The notes: generated by a model from the letters alone, not told the origin. A stretch of 63,543 nucleotides of DNA, filler included, from Reclinomonas americana ATCC 50394 (GCA_048213135.1; 4 parts of 2 records of this genome joined end to end with filler, not necessarily neighbours in it); one strand, 5' to 3'; counted from the whole stretch's first letter, positions 26,628 to 40,252 are shown. Numbers and translations are program-made.

Positions 26628-28623
26628 ATGAGTGGGGGGAAGCTGCAGGTGCTGCTCTCTCGCTACCACTCACTGCCCTCTCTCGCTCACTGTTGCATCT
26701 TGCTGCAGATCACATTCAAAAGACCAGCCACAGGTGCGCACAGTGTTGTCTCTCTCTCCCGCTCTCACCTCTTTACACACACACACACGCCGTGAGCGCA
26801 GGCGACGCAGCAGGAGGAGCACGCACAAAGCGCCGGTCAGTGCCACCCTCTCCTTATCTCTCTCTCTCTCTCACATGCTCTCACTTCACATGCACACGCG
26901 CAGTCGCGTTCTCGAGGACGACGACGACGACGACAACAATGGCGACAGTGAAGACGAGGTGATTGCGCGCAAGCCCGCTGCCAAGCCGGCCGCCAGCAAG
27001 TCCAAGAAGGCGGCACCGGTCAAGGCAGCCGCCAGCAAGGCGAATCGCAAGCAGGCGGCGGCACCACAGCCGGCCAGCGATGACGATGGTGAGGTTACAG
27101 ATGAGACGCTGGAGAGCTCGTCGGACCTCGAGGCACCACCGCTGCCACGAGTGGTGCCGCCACGTCCACCGCCACCACCACCGCCTCCACCGCCACCGCC
27201 TCCGCCTCCTCCACCGCCTCCACCGCATGATGAGGACTCGTTGAGCGAGGTGAGTGTTGTTGCATGCAGGTGATGCGGTTCGTTCGAGTTGCTGATGGCT
27301 GGCGGTGCCAGGATGAGGATGTCAAGCTGCCGAGTCGGCGGAAACCGACGCCTGCTGTTGCTTTGGCTCCTGCTCCGGCCGCGCGGGGAGCGAAAGGGGC
27401 GGAGAAGAGCGGCGGCAAGAAGGCCGGTCGAAAGCGTGCGACCGAGTCGCCGACGACGGTGACGCTGGCGAATCCGCCGCGGCCAAAGCACACACAGTCG
27501 CCGACGGCGTCTGGCGCTGCGGCTGCGACGACGGGGCGACGGAAACCGCCTGCGGCGTCTGTGCTGGTTCTCCCGAAACCGCCGCCGCCGCCGCCGCCGC
27601 CACCACCTCCGCCGCCGCCACCTCCACCGCCGCCACCGCGGTCGTCGGGACGCAAGGTGCTGGTGGACGAGGATGAAATGGAGGTGGAAGAGGAGGAGGA
27701 GGCGGAGGCGGAGGATGAGGAGGACGGCACGGAGGATGAGTACGACAACGCCGAGGACGACGATGCCGGCGGGGATGAGGAGGCGGAAAACGATGACGAC
27801 GGCGAGGATGACAGTGGTGGCGATGATGCGGCGGGTGCAGACGACTATGGTGGCGATGCGCCGCGTGGCGGCACTCGTGTGTCTACACGGTCGTCGGCGG
27901 GTGGCGGCGGCGGTGGCGAGCAGGAATGGGTGGACGTGAGCAAGATGACGCGACGACAGCGTGCCAAGTACGAGGCCGAAGTCGGACCGGCGGTGGCCGC
28001 CGATGCCTCCGGTTTCCCTGCCGCGGCCACGTCGCCCACTGCCGTCGTGCGTGGAGTGGTCAAGAAGAAAGTGCATGCTCGTTGCGTTTTTGCCGCGCGT
28101 GCTCACTCAGTCGTTTTCTCTTCTGTGTGCTCACCAATCACATCGTGCAGGCACTGCGTTCTCGTCGGACATTAGTGCCGAGGCGGCAGCAGCTGCGGCC
28201 ATTGCCGAATCCGAAATCGCTCGCCGGCGTCGACAGACGCAGGAGAAGAAAGCCGAGCGACTGAAGGAGGAGGTCATGCACAAGATCTTGCATCGATCGC
28301 GAGTCAAGCGTGGCGAAGGCCGCCAAGCCAAGCCCGCGCCGCAGCAGCAGCAGTCGGCGGGCGGAGACGACGCCGAAGCCATGGACGAAGACGACGGTGG
28401 CGACTCGCAGAGCGGCACCGCCACGCCAGCACCGGGTGGCGAAGACACTCCCACGACTGCAACAGCAGCAGCAGGAGCAGGAACGTCGGCCAGTCGCTTG
28501 CGTCGGCCGACAGCTGCCGATCGCGGACCATGCGTGCGCTTCATTGACCACATCGACCGTGGCAAGGTGCTGCTGTTGCCAGTCGGCGTCGAGGATGTAC
28601 GAGGGTTCCTCTTTGGTTCATGA
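26628..28623 (+). CDS. INO80B: INO80 complex subunit B / Ies2 (PAPA-1 domain); start uncertain
   Basis: Long acidic/poly-Pro N-terminus, then DVSKMTRRQRAK, ESEIARRRRQTQEKKAERLKEEVMHKIL and GPCVRFIDHIDRGKVLLLP, the typical Ies2 motif order. Confidence 0.8.
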
Positions 28624-28695
28624 TGCGCGATAAACTTTGAGGAAAGATTGCATGAGTTGTCCTCCGCGCAAAGAACAGAGTTGTCGCGTGGGCGA

Positions 28696-30058
28696 ATGGT
28701 GTGTGTGTGTGTGTGCACTCCTCTCTATGCATGCATGTGTTGATGTGCACACGCGCTCATTCTCTGCACACAGTCGTCGCAGCCTCCATCGTCGCTGGCC
28801 GCTGCCGCCTCTGCTGCACATTCACAGGTGCGCACACATGCACACGCATGCACACACTCTCGCTCTCACTCACACACATACACACATGCAACGCCGCCCA
28901 CACAGCAAACAGCCAGCAATGCATTTGCCGCCGTTTCGTCAACACACACACTCTCCACTCTCACATCTCTCACACTCACACGCTCACACTCACACACAGA
29001 TCAACGCCCCTGGCATGGCCGCTGCAGTGGCTGCTGCACTTGCCTCCGCCAGTGCGCGAGGACCTCAGCAACAACAACAGCAACAGCAACAACAACAACA
29101 ACAGCAACCACAGACGCAACAGCAGCAGCAGCATCAGGCCTTGATGCAGGCACACCAGCTGCAACTGCAGATGCAGCTGGCATACGCACAGCACCTGCAG
29201 CACCTCAACCAGCTGGTGCCGCCCATCTTGCCCGCTCGCATGCAGTGGGATGAGGCGTTTGTGCGCGATGTGGCGCGAACAGTGGCCGCCCGCGATCGCC
29301 CTCACCACGACACAGAGGCACCCTCATTACCGCCTCCGCCCCCGTCGCTGCGGTGGACACATGGTGCGCACTCTGCGTCTTCTTCTGCTCCTTTCTCTCG
29401 CTTGCCACTCATGTTTTGTGGCGATTCGAGATATGATGGAGGCACGCGATCGGTATGTGGCGGGAGTGGATCTGGTGAGCGACCTGTTCAGCTCGGGCGA
29501 GATGCCGGCGGCGGCGGATGTGTCGCCGATGGCCGAGGCTGCTGAGATGCGGCAGTACTTTGAGAGGCGACTGGTCTGCGCGTGTACTCTTGGCGATGGT
29601 GTTGTTGTCGTCGTCGTGCGTGCTGAAAAAAACAGCGACAGATGGACCTGGATGAGGCGTACGAGGCTGCGAGGGGCCAGTACGCGGCGGAGGCACAGCG
29701 CGATCGAGACGATGAGGTCGAGTTTCAACGTGTGTGGGCTCGCGTGAGTGCGGAGGCGGTGACCATGGAGGTTTGTTTGTGTGGTGTCGATTGTGTGGAG
29801 TCTGGCTGCACGCTGACGCTGTGTGTGAATGCAGGAGCTGGAGGCCATGGTGGTGGACCCTGAAGTGCGCAAGTTTCTGCCTCCTGGTGTGCAATCGCTG
29901 CAGGATGTCATGGCGGTATGTGGGACTTTGTTTGTCTCTTGCTCTGATCTGGCAGATGGCATTATCCCTCAATCTCTGCCGTCGCACAGCTGCCGAGCAT
30001 GCTCGACGAGGAGCCGATTGTGGTGCGCCAGATTGGCGGCCAGGGAACAGGAGAGTAA
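28696..30058 (+). CDS. Gln-rich hypothetical protein with C-terminal coiled coil
   Basis: ATG-only first exon; spliced MSSQPPSS...polyQ...ARDRYVAGVDLVSDLFS...YFERRLMDLDEAYEAARGQY...EFQRVWARV...LPSMLDEEPIVVRQIGGQGTGE*. Confidence 0.6.
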
Positions 30059-30090
30059 AATGACACAATGGAGACAGCAGAGAGATGCAA

Positions 30091-31642
30091 CTACACTGGT
30101 GGTGGTTCTTGCACGGCGGGAGGAAGTTCAGGCTCAGAGAGCTGCGGTTCTGGCTCGAGAAGCTCTGCTTGTGGCATGGATAACTCTGGTTCCTGCGCCG
30201 CAAGTTGCGGTTCCTGTGCAGCAGGCGGCGGTTCCGGCACTGCAAGTTGTGGTTCCTGCGCCACAAGGTGCGGTTCTGGCTCAGCAAGTTCTGGTTCCTG
30301 CGCAGCAGGTGGAGGTTCGGGCACAGAATACTGTGGTTCTGGTGCAGCAGGTGGAGGTTCCGGCACTGCAAGTTGTGGCTCCTGAGCAGCAGGGGGAGGT
30401 TCGAGCACAGAATACTGTGGTTCTGGTGCAGCAGGTGGAGGTTGGGGCACTGCGTGCTGTGGTGGTGGCACAAAAAGTTGCGGTTCCGGCTCCATTGACT
30501 CGGGCACAGACGGTGGTGGCAGTGGCTCTTGCGCAACAGGCGCCTCCACCCCCTGCATCGGCTCGGGCTGGGACAGCTGCATTGCTCGACAGTGTGCGTC
30601 ATGCAGCGCACGCTCGATTGCCTCGTTCTGCATGGCGCGCGCCTCCACCTCGAAGCTCGCCTCTCGCAACGCCAGAGCGCGACTGCGGTACATCTGCTCT
30701 CGCCCCGACATTAGCTGTGCGCGCACACACATGCACATATGCACACACACGCGCTGCTCCACTCACCTGCACTTCCGGGTGATAGTAGCCGAGGCGCAGC
30801 CGTCTCTCAAACTTGTCGAGCGGATTGCCAAAGAAGAAGTTCTCTCCCGACAGCAAGCTGTCCACCGCCGCCGCCCTATCCTTGGCCGACAACTCCTCCG
30901 GCAGCAGCTCCTGCCACTACCGCGTGAGAGAAGAAGGCGGGCGACCCTCGGCATTGTGCCCTCCCCGCTCACTCACCATCAGTGCCTCGCGCTCATCGCT
31001 AGACAAGCGCGACCACGCCTGCGCATTCAACACCTCCGCTAGTCTCGGCAGTGCCAGTGCCTCCACCGGCAGACCCATGCACCGCCCCTCCGTGTCCACC
31101 ACTGGCTCGCACACGACTCCACGAAGCACAAGCTGCGAGAGGCAGCATGAGCCAACAGAGCGAGACACAAGTTGCAGAGAGGACTGACGCACGTGAGTCG
31201 GCGGCACTTGCAGGTCTCCTTCAGCAGCACGCTTGTGACTCTGCGCAAAGCTCTGCATGCACATACACACGCACACATGAGCACGCATGCAGCAAGAGAT
31301 GCATGCACACACACACTCACCACTGGAGGCACCAATTCACCGTCGTCTGCCACTCCCGCACTGCCCTCTGGCACCATGGCCAGCTCATTGATGTGCAGCA
31401 CGTTGTCTACGCAACAGTGTGAGTGCGAGTGAGCGTGCGTGTGTGCGTGTGTGTGTGTCTGTGTGCTTGTGAGTGAGACCTTTCAGCTGTGGTGGAATTG
31501 GTATGGCTTCTACATAGTGTGGCTGCGAATGCCGGTCAGAGTGCTGCATGAGTGAATGAGTGAGTGTGTGTGTGAGAGAGGAGGGAGAGACAACATGGGA
31601 ATTCACCAGCACTTTGCGTCGTTTTTGCGCAGGAGCAGCCAT
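30091..31642 (-). CDS. DEUBAD-domain protein, NFRKB/INO80G-like, with C-terminal Pro/Glu repeats
   Basis: NLS-like PAQKRRK. LAEVLNAQAWSRLSSDEREALMELLP...LLSGENFFFGNPLDKFERRLRLGYYHPE matches the NFRKB-type DEUBAD signature. Confidence 0.8.
30100..30495 (-). repeat. Coding tandem repeat of 21/42 bp (EPPPAA[QP]EPQ[LY][AS]V[PL])
   Basis: Repeated ggttcctgcgcagcagg / ggttccggcactgcaagttgt units on the + strand. Confidence 0.9.
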
Positions 31643-32149
31643 ATTGCAAGTCACACAGTGAACAAAGTGAGTGCGTGGACTACAGCAGCTCACTGGCGGC
31701 AAAGAGACGGAGAGGAGCGTGAGACTCAAATGTCCTGCGCAATGCAATGCATCCTCACTCTCTCTGGAGATTGACAGCTCAGCTGCAGCTTGTGAGGTTC
31801 TTGGTCTTCGCTTCCCATGCTGTGCACTGCTTCTCCTCCCACAGCAAATGCGCGGAGTTTTCGATATTTGCACTCCAACTTCGACGTTCGCTCACTCTTC
31901 TTTGCCCACAACCGAGTCTCGTGAATGCTGCTGCTGCCGCCCCCCACATACGATCTCCAACGGCTGGTTGCTGCTCACAGCACACTCAGCCTCGTCGGCG
32001 TGTTCGTCCCGGTGATTTCCGTACACGTCCCAAGTGATTCTCAAGAGCCGTCAGTTGTTGTTCCGCGAGCGACTCGGCAATCACTCTCTCTCTCTCTCAC
32101 ACACACAACAGAGTGCGTGCGCGTGTGTGCACCGCGAGCCCCGGCACAC

Positions 32150-35100
32150 ATGGCCTCTCTGCACCAGCGCAGAGCATCGGCACCGAGCACCGCCAAACAC
32201 CGCCAACAACTCTCAGATCCGCCTTCGTCCCCCGTGGGTGTGCGATTTGCCGTGCGTGCCGAGTACAAACCACTTCATGGCAGTGGTGGACACAGTGACG
32301 CAACACCGTTGTCACCCTCGCCATCCACACAAAGTTAAGTGTTCGATATGAGGATCATCCATCAATCAATCATCACCACAGGCGCGCATTATTCAATTGT
32401 ATGTTTTGTTTGGTTGTGTGCCGTACGTAGATCGGCAAAGGCGCTCGTCGTCACCGGCAGTCACGCGACCGCAGTCGGCCACTCCGACCCTGCAGCGACT
32501 GGTGCCAGAGTCGACCCCGATCCCACTGCGTCGCCTGCGCGAGGCCGTGACTGCGTCGTCGTCGTCGCTGTCGTCGTCGTCGTTGGAGCAGGTGCCGTGG
32601 TCTCCGTTTTCACCGCAGTCGCAGCCCGTGCAGCGACCGCGTAGTTCGACTCCGTCGGAGCGCGGCAGCGGTTTCATGCGTGGCAGTGGTGGCAGCAGCG
32701 CGAACAGCGGGAGTGCGGTGGCCGGTAGCCCGCTCCTTCGCGTGTCGGTGTCGAGAAGCGGGCAAGACATGCTGACCGATGCTCGTGTGTCACCGATGAA
32801 GAATCGACCGTCGTCGTCGCCAGTGTTGGTGGCGTCGCCATCGCGTTCGGCGCTCGCTGCTCGTCGTCGCGAGGTGCGTCGTGTTTTGTGTTTGCGTTTG
32901 TTCGTGTTGCTCAACAATCACTCTCTGTGCAGAGTGCCGCGAACTCGCAGCTGGCATCTGCTGTCGCGCTGTCCAAGTTGCAGCCGGTCGTCATGTCGCT
33001 GAGCAACATGGCGGTGCGAGCGGCGGCGGCCGCGGCGGCTGGTGACACGAATGGAGGAGTGCCGGCGTCGCGACTGGTGCTCATGAATCAGCAGCGTGTG
33101 ACCGGTTCCACTGCACGCGAACACGCGTCGTTCATCTCGCCGGACGAGCTGGCGCTCATCACCGAGTCGGCCGCGGCGCAGGCGCCGGCAGTCAATGAAC
33201 AACGACTGCACGTGGTCATTCCGTCGGTGTTCGGTGCGCGCCCGACCTCGGCACCGGCGGGCATGCGCTCGTCGGCCGCCCTGGCGTCCCAGTTGCGGGC
33301 AGCCGCGCGCAAGACCACTGAGTTTAGCTCGTTCGACGCAGCGGCCAGCAGCGGTGTCGGCAGCAAGTCGCGCACGAGGGACTCTGTGGATCCAACCAGT
33401 GGCATTCTTGATAGTTCGCGAAAACCCGCCTCGCTGGCCACGCGCATCGGGTGGGAAGTGATCTCCACGTCACCCACGGCGTCCCTGGCAGGCGGCGGCA
33501 ACGAGGATCCACAGGTTGGTGATCGGAGGTGCCCCAGTGCACTGAGTGTTAATTTCTGTACACACCTTCTTTCTCGATTCACACAGGATGCGGCACGAAG
33601 AGTACAACGAGAGAAAAATGCGGAAGCAGAGGCGTGGGCTCGACGGTGAGTGCTACTCTCATTGCCGCTCGATCCCCGTTCCTCACCCGTCTCACACGCG
33701 CTGACGCATCCCAGAGCGCTACCCCGGTGTGTGGTCGATCTGTGCAGACATTCGGCCGATGAGATAAGTGACGAGGGAGCGCAAAATCTGAGCGACATGC
33801 GTTTCTATACACGTGGTGTGGTGCTCGAAGTCGAACTCACTGGTGAGTGGAGCACCGCACGCCAATGTGAGTGTGTGTGTGCACAACTCCAACACGCTAT
33901 TTTCTTGTTTTTTTCGATCACCGCTCAGCGCTCTCATTACGACCCGACTCGGCGGTGGGAGTGGAGACTGTCAGACGGCAACTGGACTCGATGTGTGAAA
34001 TCGCTCTTGAATTCGGCGGTGACTTGTTGTACACGGTCTCTGCCAGGCGTCTGAGTGTGCTTTTTGCCGCCGACCTCGATTCCGACGGCGCCGCCGTGGA
34101 GTGGTTGCAGAGTCGCGGGCTCACCGGCACTGTTCTGCAGTCAACAGACCCAGTGGCACTGCGAGCGTGTTTGTGCAGTTTGTACATGTTGCAGTCGGTG
34201 GAGGCCGCAACTGGTTCGCGAGCTGCACGAATCGGTGAGTGTGTTGCAATGGAGTGGGATGAGGCACCGCAGTCTCACTTCTCGTGTGTTACCACAGTGC
34301 TGAGCAGTGGGACTCTGTGCTGCTCGCTCGTTGGCGGTGTGCACGGTGACTGGCGACCTGAGTTCTCCGGATCCATTTTCGACAACCTCGCCGCGTTGAC
34401 TGCGAGTGTGGCTGCCAGTAGCACGCACCACATCGTGTACGCCGCCGAATCCGGTACGACAGCCGGTGATGCGGCCTTTGTGGCACCAGGGTATGCAAGT
34501 ACGGGGCGCGGGTTCGTGGCGCACGCGCTTACTTGATGATTAACAGTTCGTGGACCCGGTTACTTGGCTTTGCGTGCGTGGAGCCGCAGTGTGTCGGTGA
34601 TGGTCGGGAGCGTTTGCAATGCTACGCCCTCGAACCGCAGGACGACACGCAGTTGCCACCGCGACCATCTTTTCAAGGTCAGCAGTACCTCTGTGTGTTG
34701 ATCACATAGTGCCGTTTCTGACATTCATGTACATTCAGTGGCGCGCATTCCACCACGTCCGCAGTCGCCGTCGCTGTGCGTGGCACCTGTGGTCGACTTC
34801 AAGAAACTGGTCGCCCCAGTTTTCCACCCGAGTCCCGACTGCGCTGCCGTGGAAGAGGTCGAGTCGTCGATTCTGTGCATCATGTTCTCCGACGAGTCGC
34901 AGACTGCTGGTGGAGAGTTGCGTGCGCGTCCTCGGGTCGATGATGCGTGGAGTCGTTGTGCTCACGGATGAGAGTGTGCTCGCAGTGCGATTCGCAGTGC
35001 ATTTGCCGAGGCGCAATCCATCGTGCACTCGTTGAGTGGCGTCGTGGGGTCGCTGTGTACGACGGGGGCCGGTGTGTTTACGTACGCTCTGTTCGGCTTG

Positions 35101-38100
35101 TCGGTCAACTCGGAACCTGGTACACTTTCGTTTGTCGCCACTCGTCTGCATTTTGCACTTTTGCTTGCTCACACATATCGCGTAGCACGACACCAGCGCG
35201 CCATCCTGGCAGCCGCCCGCATCGCCGATATGTTGGTGCATCATGAACTGTGTGCACCATCTGTGGGTGTCAGCTCCGGTCGCACACAGGTCATGCACGT
35301 TGGTCCCAACGAGCGTCGCGTGCTGCTGTTGGTCGGCACAGCAGTCGCCGATTCGCTGCTGCTAGCGCAGGAGCAACAGACGCACGCAACGTCTTACGAT
35401 GCCACCGGACGAGGTTTGTACGCTACCGTGTACCTCTCCTTGCCGCACCGCGTGTACTAATGAGTCTTGCAGCTGCCGAACTTGTGCCGCTGCCGGTATT
35501 GGCAGATGCGGTGAGCTGTCTGTCGTCGCTGGGAGAGCCACGCATCACGGGCACTTCGTACACGCTCACTGGATCGCCGCCACGGTTACTGTCGCTGCTC
35601 GGTGTGCACCCTCTGCTATTTGTACCACCGCTACGCGTCTCTCGCATTCCCTCACCTGCTTACAAACAGAGCGAGCGAATCCACTGACCTGTCATTCGAT
35701 GTGGAGATCCGTCGTGTGGTGGCCTCGCTACATTTCTCCGTCCTCCTCAGGCACACCCTCATTACAACAATTCGGTGCGCTGGATCGGCAGTGTGCTTTT
35801 GTGCGTGCGCTTGCGTTTGTTTGTCGTCTCATCGTGTTCTCTTGTGTACGACAGTCGGACGTGAGGCCGAACTGGATTGCCTGCTCTGTGCATGGCGCGA
35901 GCTGCAATCGTCGCCACAAGCAAGGCGCGCGGTGGTGGCACTATGTGGCGCACCGGGTTGTGGCGCGTCGAGTCTGTTGCAACGATTCGCGCAGTGCGTG
36001 CGGCAAGCGACAAATGCAAATGCATCTGGCGATCCCACGGTATGTTGCTGTACAGACAAATTCTTGTTCGTTCTGCCTCGCGATCTTTACCAAACACATG
36101 TATTTCGTGTGCATGCAGGATGCGGCGGCTGTGGTTCCGCTCCTGTGCTCCTCGCGTGAGCTGGCGCGCACCGACGATCCACAACCGTACGGTGCATGGT
36201 GGCCAGTGTTCACTGAACTGCTTGATGCAGTGCACGCAAGGTTTGTCGACGTCGAGCGAAAGCAGCCGCGTGTGTGAGAATGAGAACTCACCTGCGTGCC
36301 TCCACAAGATCCTTGTCGCTTACCAGACGTGCTAGCCGCCCATCTGACATGGACACAGCGGTCATCTCCGATGTGCTGGACTCTGCAGGCCTGCTGCAGT
36401 GGGCATCGCTCCTCAATCCGGTGTTGGGAACCGAGTACCGCGAACACCCGGCGCTCCCTCTGCTTTCCGACGAGGCGCGTGTCGAGTGGCAGAATGAGTT
36501 GGCGGTGGTGCTTCTGGACTTGTTGGCCAACCGCGCATACGAGAATGTCGGGCAGTATGTCATTCTGTTCCCGCGGGCCCACCTCATGGACGCCTCGTCG
36601 CAACAGCTGTTGCAGAGATTTTTCGCGTTCGAGTGGGCCACCGCGAAGCTCGGTGCGCGGACAACCACCAAACGGATGCGGTTCCTCGCTGTTGTGCACG
36701 TGGGCACAACATGGGAGGACCCAGAGCGGCTGCCGACAATGGTGGCGAGCGAGGTCAGCACATTTCTGGCGCAACCCGCCAAGAATGTCAAGGTGTGGAC
36801 TTGTCGTTGCGCACAGAGTAGCAAGTTCGCACGTGTGGCTCACATGGTGCGCGTTGCCGTAAGCAGTTGCTTCATGTCGGCGCACTCGACATGTCGTCCA
36901 CCGCCGACTACATATGCCGCGTTACTGGTGCCGAAGTGGTGGCCGAAGATGTGAGTCTTGTTATTCGGAGAGATGCACGAGTTGAGCTGTGCTGTGGCCA
37001 CGGTCTGACTGTTGAGATGTGCGCATGTGTGTGTGTGTGTCAGGCTCTCGATTTCGTGTGGCTGCACTCGCGACGGGGATGGCCTGTGCGACTGGTGGAG
37101 ACTGTTAGGTTTCTGCAACTCAATGGGCGAATCGCCGTCGAAGAGGGCGTGTGCAAGGTGCTGCTTTCTCTCGCACATACATCCCTGCTGCTTGTCTCAT
37201 CACGGGAATGCGCGCAGTTTACGCCCTCACATGTGGCAAGCGAGGTCCCTGACGAGTTCATCACTGGTCCCGTGGAGGAAGGATTTCGCGGTCGCTTCGA
37301 CGCTCTGCCGGCGTTTACACAGCAAGTCCTTTGCGATGGTTTGCAAAGTGGCGTGTGCATTCATGTTATTTTGCCAAGCAGTGTGCTCATCGGCACAACC
37401 GCAGCGAGTGTGTTTGCCGACGCGTTCCGCATCTCGTCGTTGTGTACGCTCCTGGTACGCGTGCCGCTCGCGGAGGGGCAGGTGGTGACCAACGATGCCG
37501 GCCTGCGTGAGCGCACTCGTCGCGCACTGGAAGAGGGTGTCAACAGTGGCGTTCTTGTGGCTGTGTCGCGTCGCGCTTCTGTTGAGTCGCAGTTTTATTG
37601 TGCAGCACCACATACTCCGTCGGCACTCACGCTTACGCATAGGATGCCGAGTACATTGTGCGCAGCTCGTGGATACGGAGCGCACTCAATCGCCTGTCGT
37701 CTCCCCTTCGCGTGTTCCAGTTGCACGTCACGGCCGTGAAGTCAGCACTGCGCGCACTCGCCACACCACACGCCGGTGCCGACATGGTGCTGTTGGCAAG
37801 TGCGGCTCATCACGCATACGCCGCCCTCGAGCTGCGCTTGACCGAAATCGTAGACGGTGCGGCAGTCCCCTTGCTGTATTACGCTGTCGGATACAGTCGC
37901 TTACGCCTCGACGAAATAGATGCGCAACTCGCCAGTGTGTTTCTGCAGGTATTTCCACACGTGGCCACTCTCGGCCGATTGCTTCTCGCCAGCGACGACG
38001 CATCATCGGCTCGTCTGTTGTGCACGCGTGGCCTCGAGTCTCTGTTGCATTTCCGCGCGCGTACCAATGGTGAGTGTGTGGCGGCGTGGCGACGTACTGC

Positions 38101-40112
38101 GCTGCAAGATACGCCTTTCTGACTGCTCTTTGGCGTGCAGAGACGGCCACACGTATCGTCGATGCCAGTGTGCGGTTACGCTGTGTACAAGCGGCGTGTG
38201 TGGCACACATGGGCGCACTGAAGGCCCGTCAGGTGTCTCCATCTGCACTGTTGGGCGAGTGCTGGATGATGCTCGACGAGGCTACGGTGCGGATCGTACC
38301 ACTTCTTGTTTGTCGCTTTCTTTGGCACCACTGACGAATCGGGTGACGCACGCACAGGAGGACATGCCGGAACTATGGCTGGCCGTCATGACCACGTTGT
38401 GGTACTGTCAGGCGCACTCGGACGACGAAAATGAACGCAGAGCGGCAACTGGTGCGTGGATCGAGTTGCAGCAGGTGCGCCCACGCCCACGACGCGGTCG
38501 AAAAGGCGATGTGGAAGACGAGGAGGCGTCACTGCCGCTGCCATTTTTGTGGATCACCATGGAGCAGGCGTCGATACGCGGATCGCTGCAAGAGGCTGCC
38601 GTCGCCTTTGGCAGCATCCTCGATCTCTCGTCAGCAGGCCGACTCACGGTGTCGTCTGAGGTGCCGTTGCTTCGCGAACCGTGGCTCACGTCACGTGCCC
38701 TGGCCTCTGTCACCTTTGTGCACCTCGGAAACTTTACGGCCGCACGGGAACTCGCCACTCGCTGGTGGGTAACGAGTGAGCGTCTTATCTCCGTAAGCAG
38801 CAGCTTCTCACCTCTTCGTGGTGTATCGTGTCATGCACAGTCAACAAGAGATGCACGGCAGTGCATCGCAGCCGCCGTCGATCCAGAGCGCGCACTCACC
38901 CACTGTGATGCACGCAACACTGTTGGTGGCCTACACACTGGCTTCACTCGGCGAGTGGTCCGCTGTTCGGCAGTGCGCGGTGGCCGGCATTGTCGCCTCG
39001 CGAAGGCACCACTGGCACACGTGGCGTCGTGCCTTTCTGCATTTCGGTCTCCTCACCGAGTACCTTCGTCGCCTCTCTGGAGGTGCGTGCATTGAGGGTG
39101 GTGCGCCGTGTGACTCGCCGTTTCGTTGACTGCTCACTGCGCATTCGCAGACGTGGCGAGTGCAGCCGTGGAGAGTGGCGTGGCGTCGGAGCTGTTTGTG
39201 GAAGATGGCGACGACCGGCGCGCCGTTCTCCGTCGCATGTTGGACAACGTGTCGCTGTTGAAGGGCACGCAGGTGCACATCCTTCCTTCCACGATTGCAG
39301 TGCGCTGCCTATTATATCTGACACCACATGCGCAGCTTTCCTTGTGGCTGGCCCCAAGCATGGCGGACGTGCTGGTTCGCGAGGACTTTTTGAGTACGGC
39401 ACAGGATTTGCTGCTGGAGAACATGGCGATCGCCACTCGCTGCGAATGCTCGCACCTTCCGCGGGCCATTTTCATGATGCGCCTCAGTCACGCCTCAGCG
39501 GTGCGACTGTTGCACGCCATTGACGATTCGTATGACGCCACTCTGGTAGACACTGGCGACTGGAGCACGTGTGTTTTCTCGGCCTCGGAATGGTACGACA
39601 CGTATCGCGTGCTGCGCGACGGCCTGCAGCAGTGCGACAGTGAGGTGCAGTCGCCGCTCACTACCAGTGTGCGGTTTGTGTTGACGGTGTGCGTTCTGGT
39701 GTGGTGGTGTGCCTATCGATGCGCCACTGAGCAAGACGTGCTGGCCAAGTCCACCACTGGCAGCAAGGTCTGTGTGTTCTCCAGTCGTTGTTGTTTTTCA
39801 GCTTGCGTGCCTCCCCATTCACACTCTTCTCGTGGTGGCGGCACACAGAAACGACGACGTCGCCATGTGCCGTCCATGGAGATGGACGACTCGATGATTG
39901 AGGATGCATGGGGGTCGCAGCCGGTACCGCTGCAACACTTGCGTGGCGAGTTGATGCGTGACCAGGTTGTCGACTTTGACGACATCAGTGGCCTGCGTCA
40001 CCTCAAGTGGATGCACTTAACGCGATCGCTGTTGTCACAAATGGCCACGCCATTCTCAAGCATCGGCACACGCGCAAACGGTGCTCGTGGAAAACACGGG
40101 GAACAATACTAA
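32150..40112 (+). CDS. Large degenerate soluble adenylyl cyclase-like (ADCY10-type) protein: two class III cyclase-like domains, STAND NTPase and helical repeats
   Basis: LDSMCEIALEFGGDLL, SSGTLCCSLVGG..WRPEFSG, YALFGL, SVGVSSGRTQVMHVGPNERRVLLLVGTAV, VGREAELDCL, VALCGAPGCGASSLL, QPYGAWWPVFTELL, VILFPRAHLMDASS and RFDALPAFTQQVL appear in ADCY10 order. Confidence 0.75.
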
Positions 40113-40252
40113 GTAATAATGAAGATAAGTTTTGTAATCCACATACAAATGACAGACAGTGTGAGAAGGAAAAATGAGTAGAGTAGAATGGTAAGGGAAT
40201 AGTTAACGAGACACCGCTGGTCTTAACAGCGCGCATCCGTCACTGGGCAGAA

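Noticed and set aside
29829-30782. Long antisense/overlapping ORFs (Val/Gln-rich, and Cys/Gly/Ser metallothionein-like 30068-30385)
   Set aside because: They are shadows of the coding repeat in the minus-strand DEUBAD gene.
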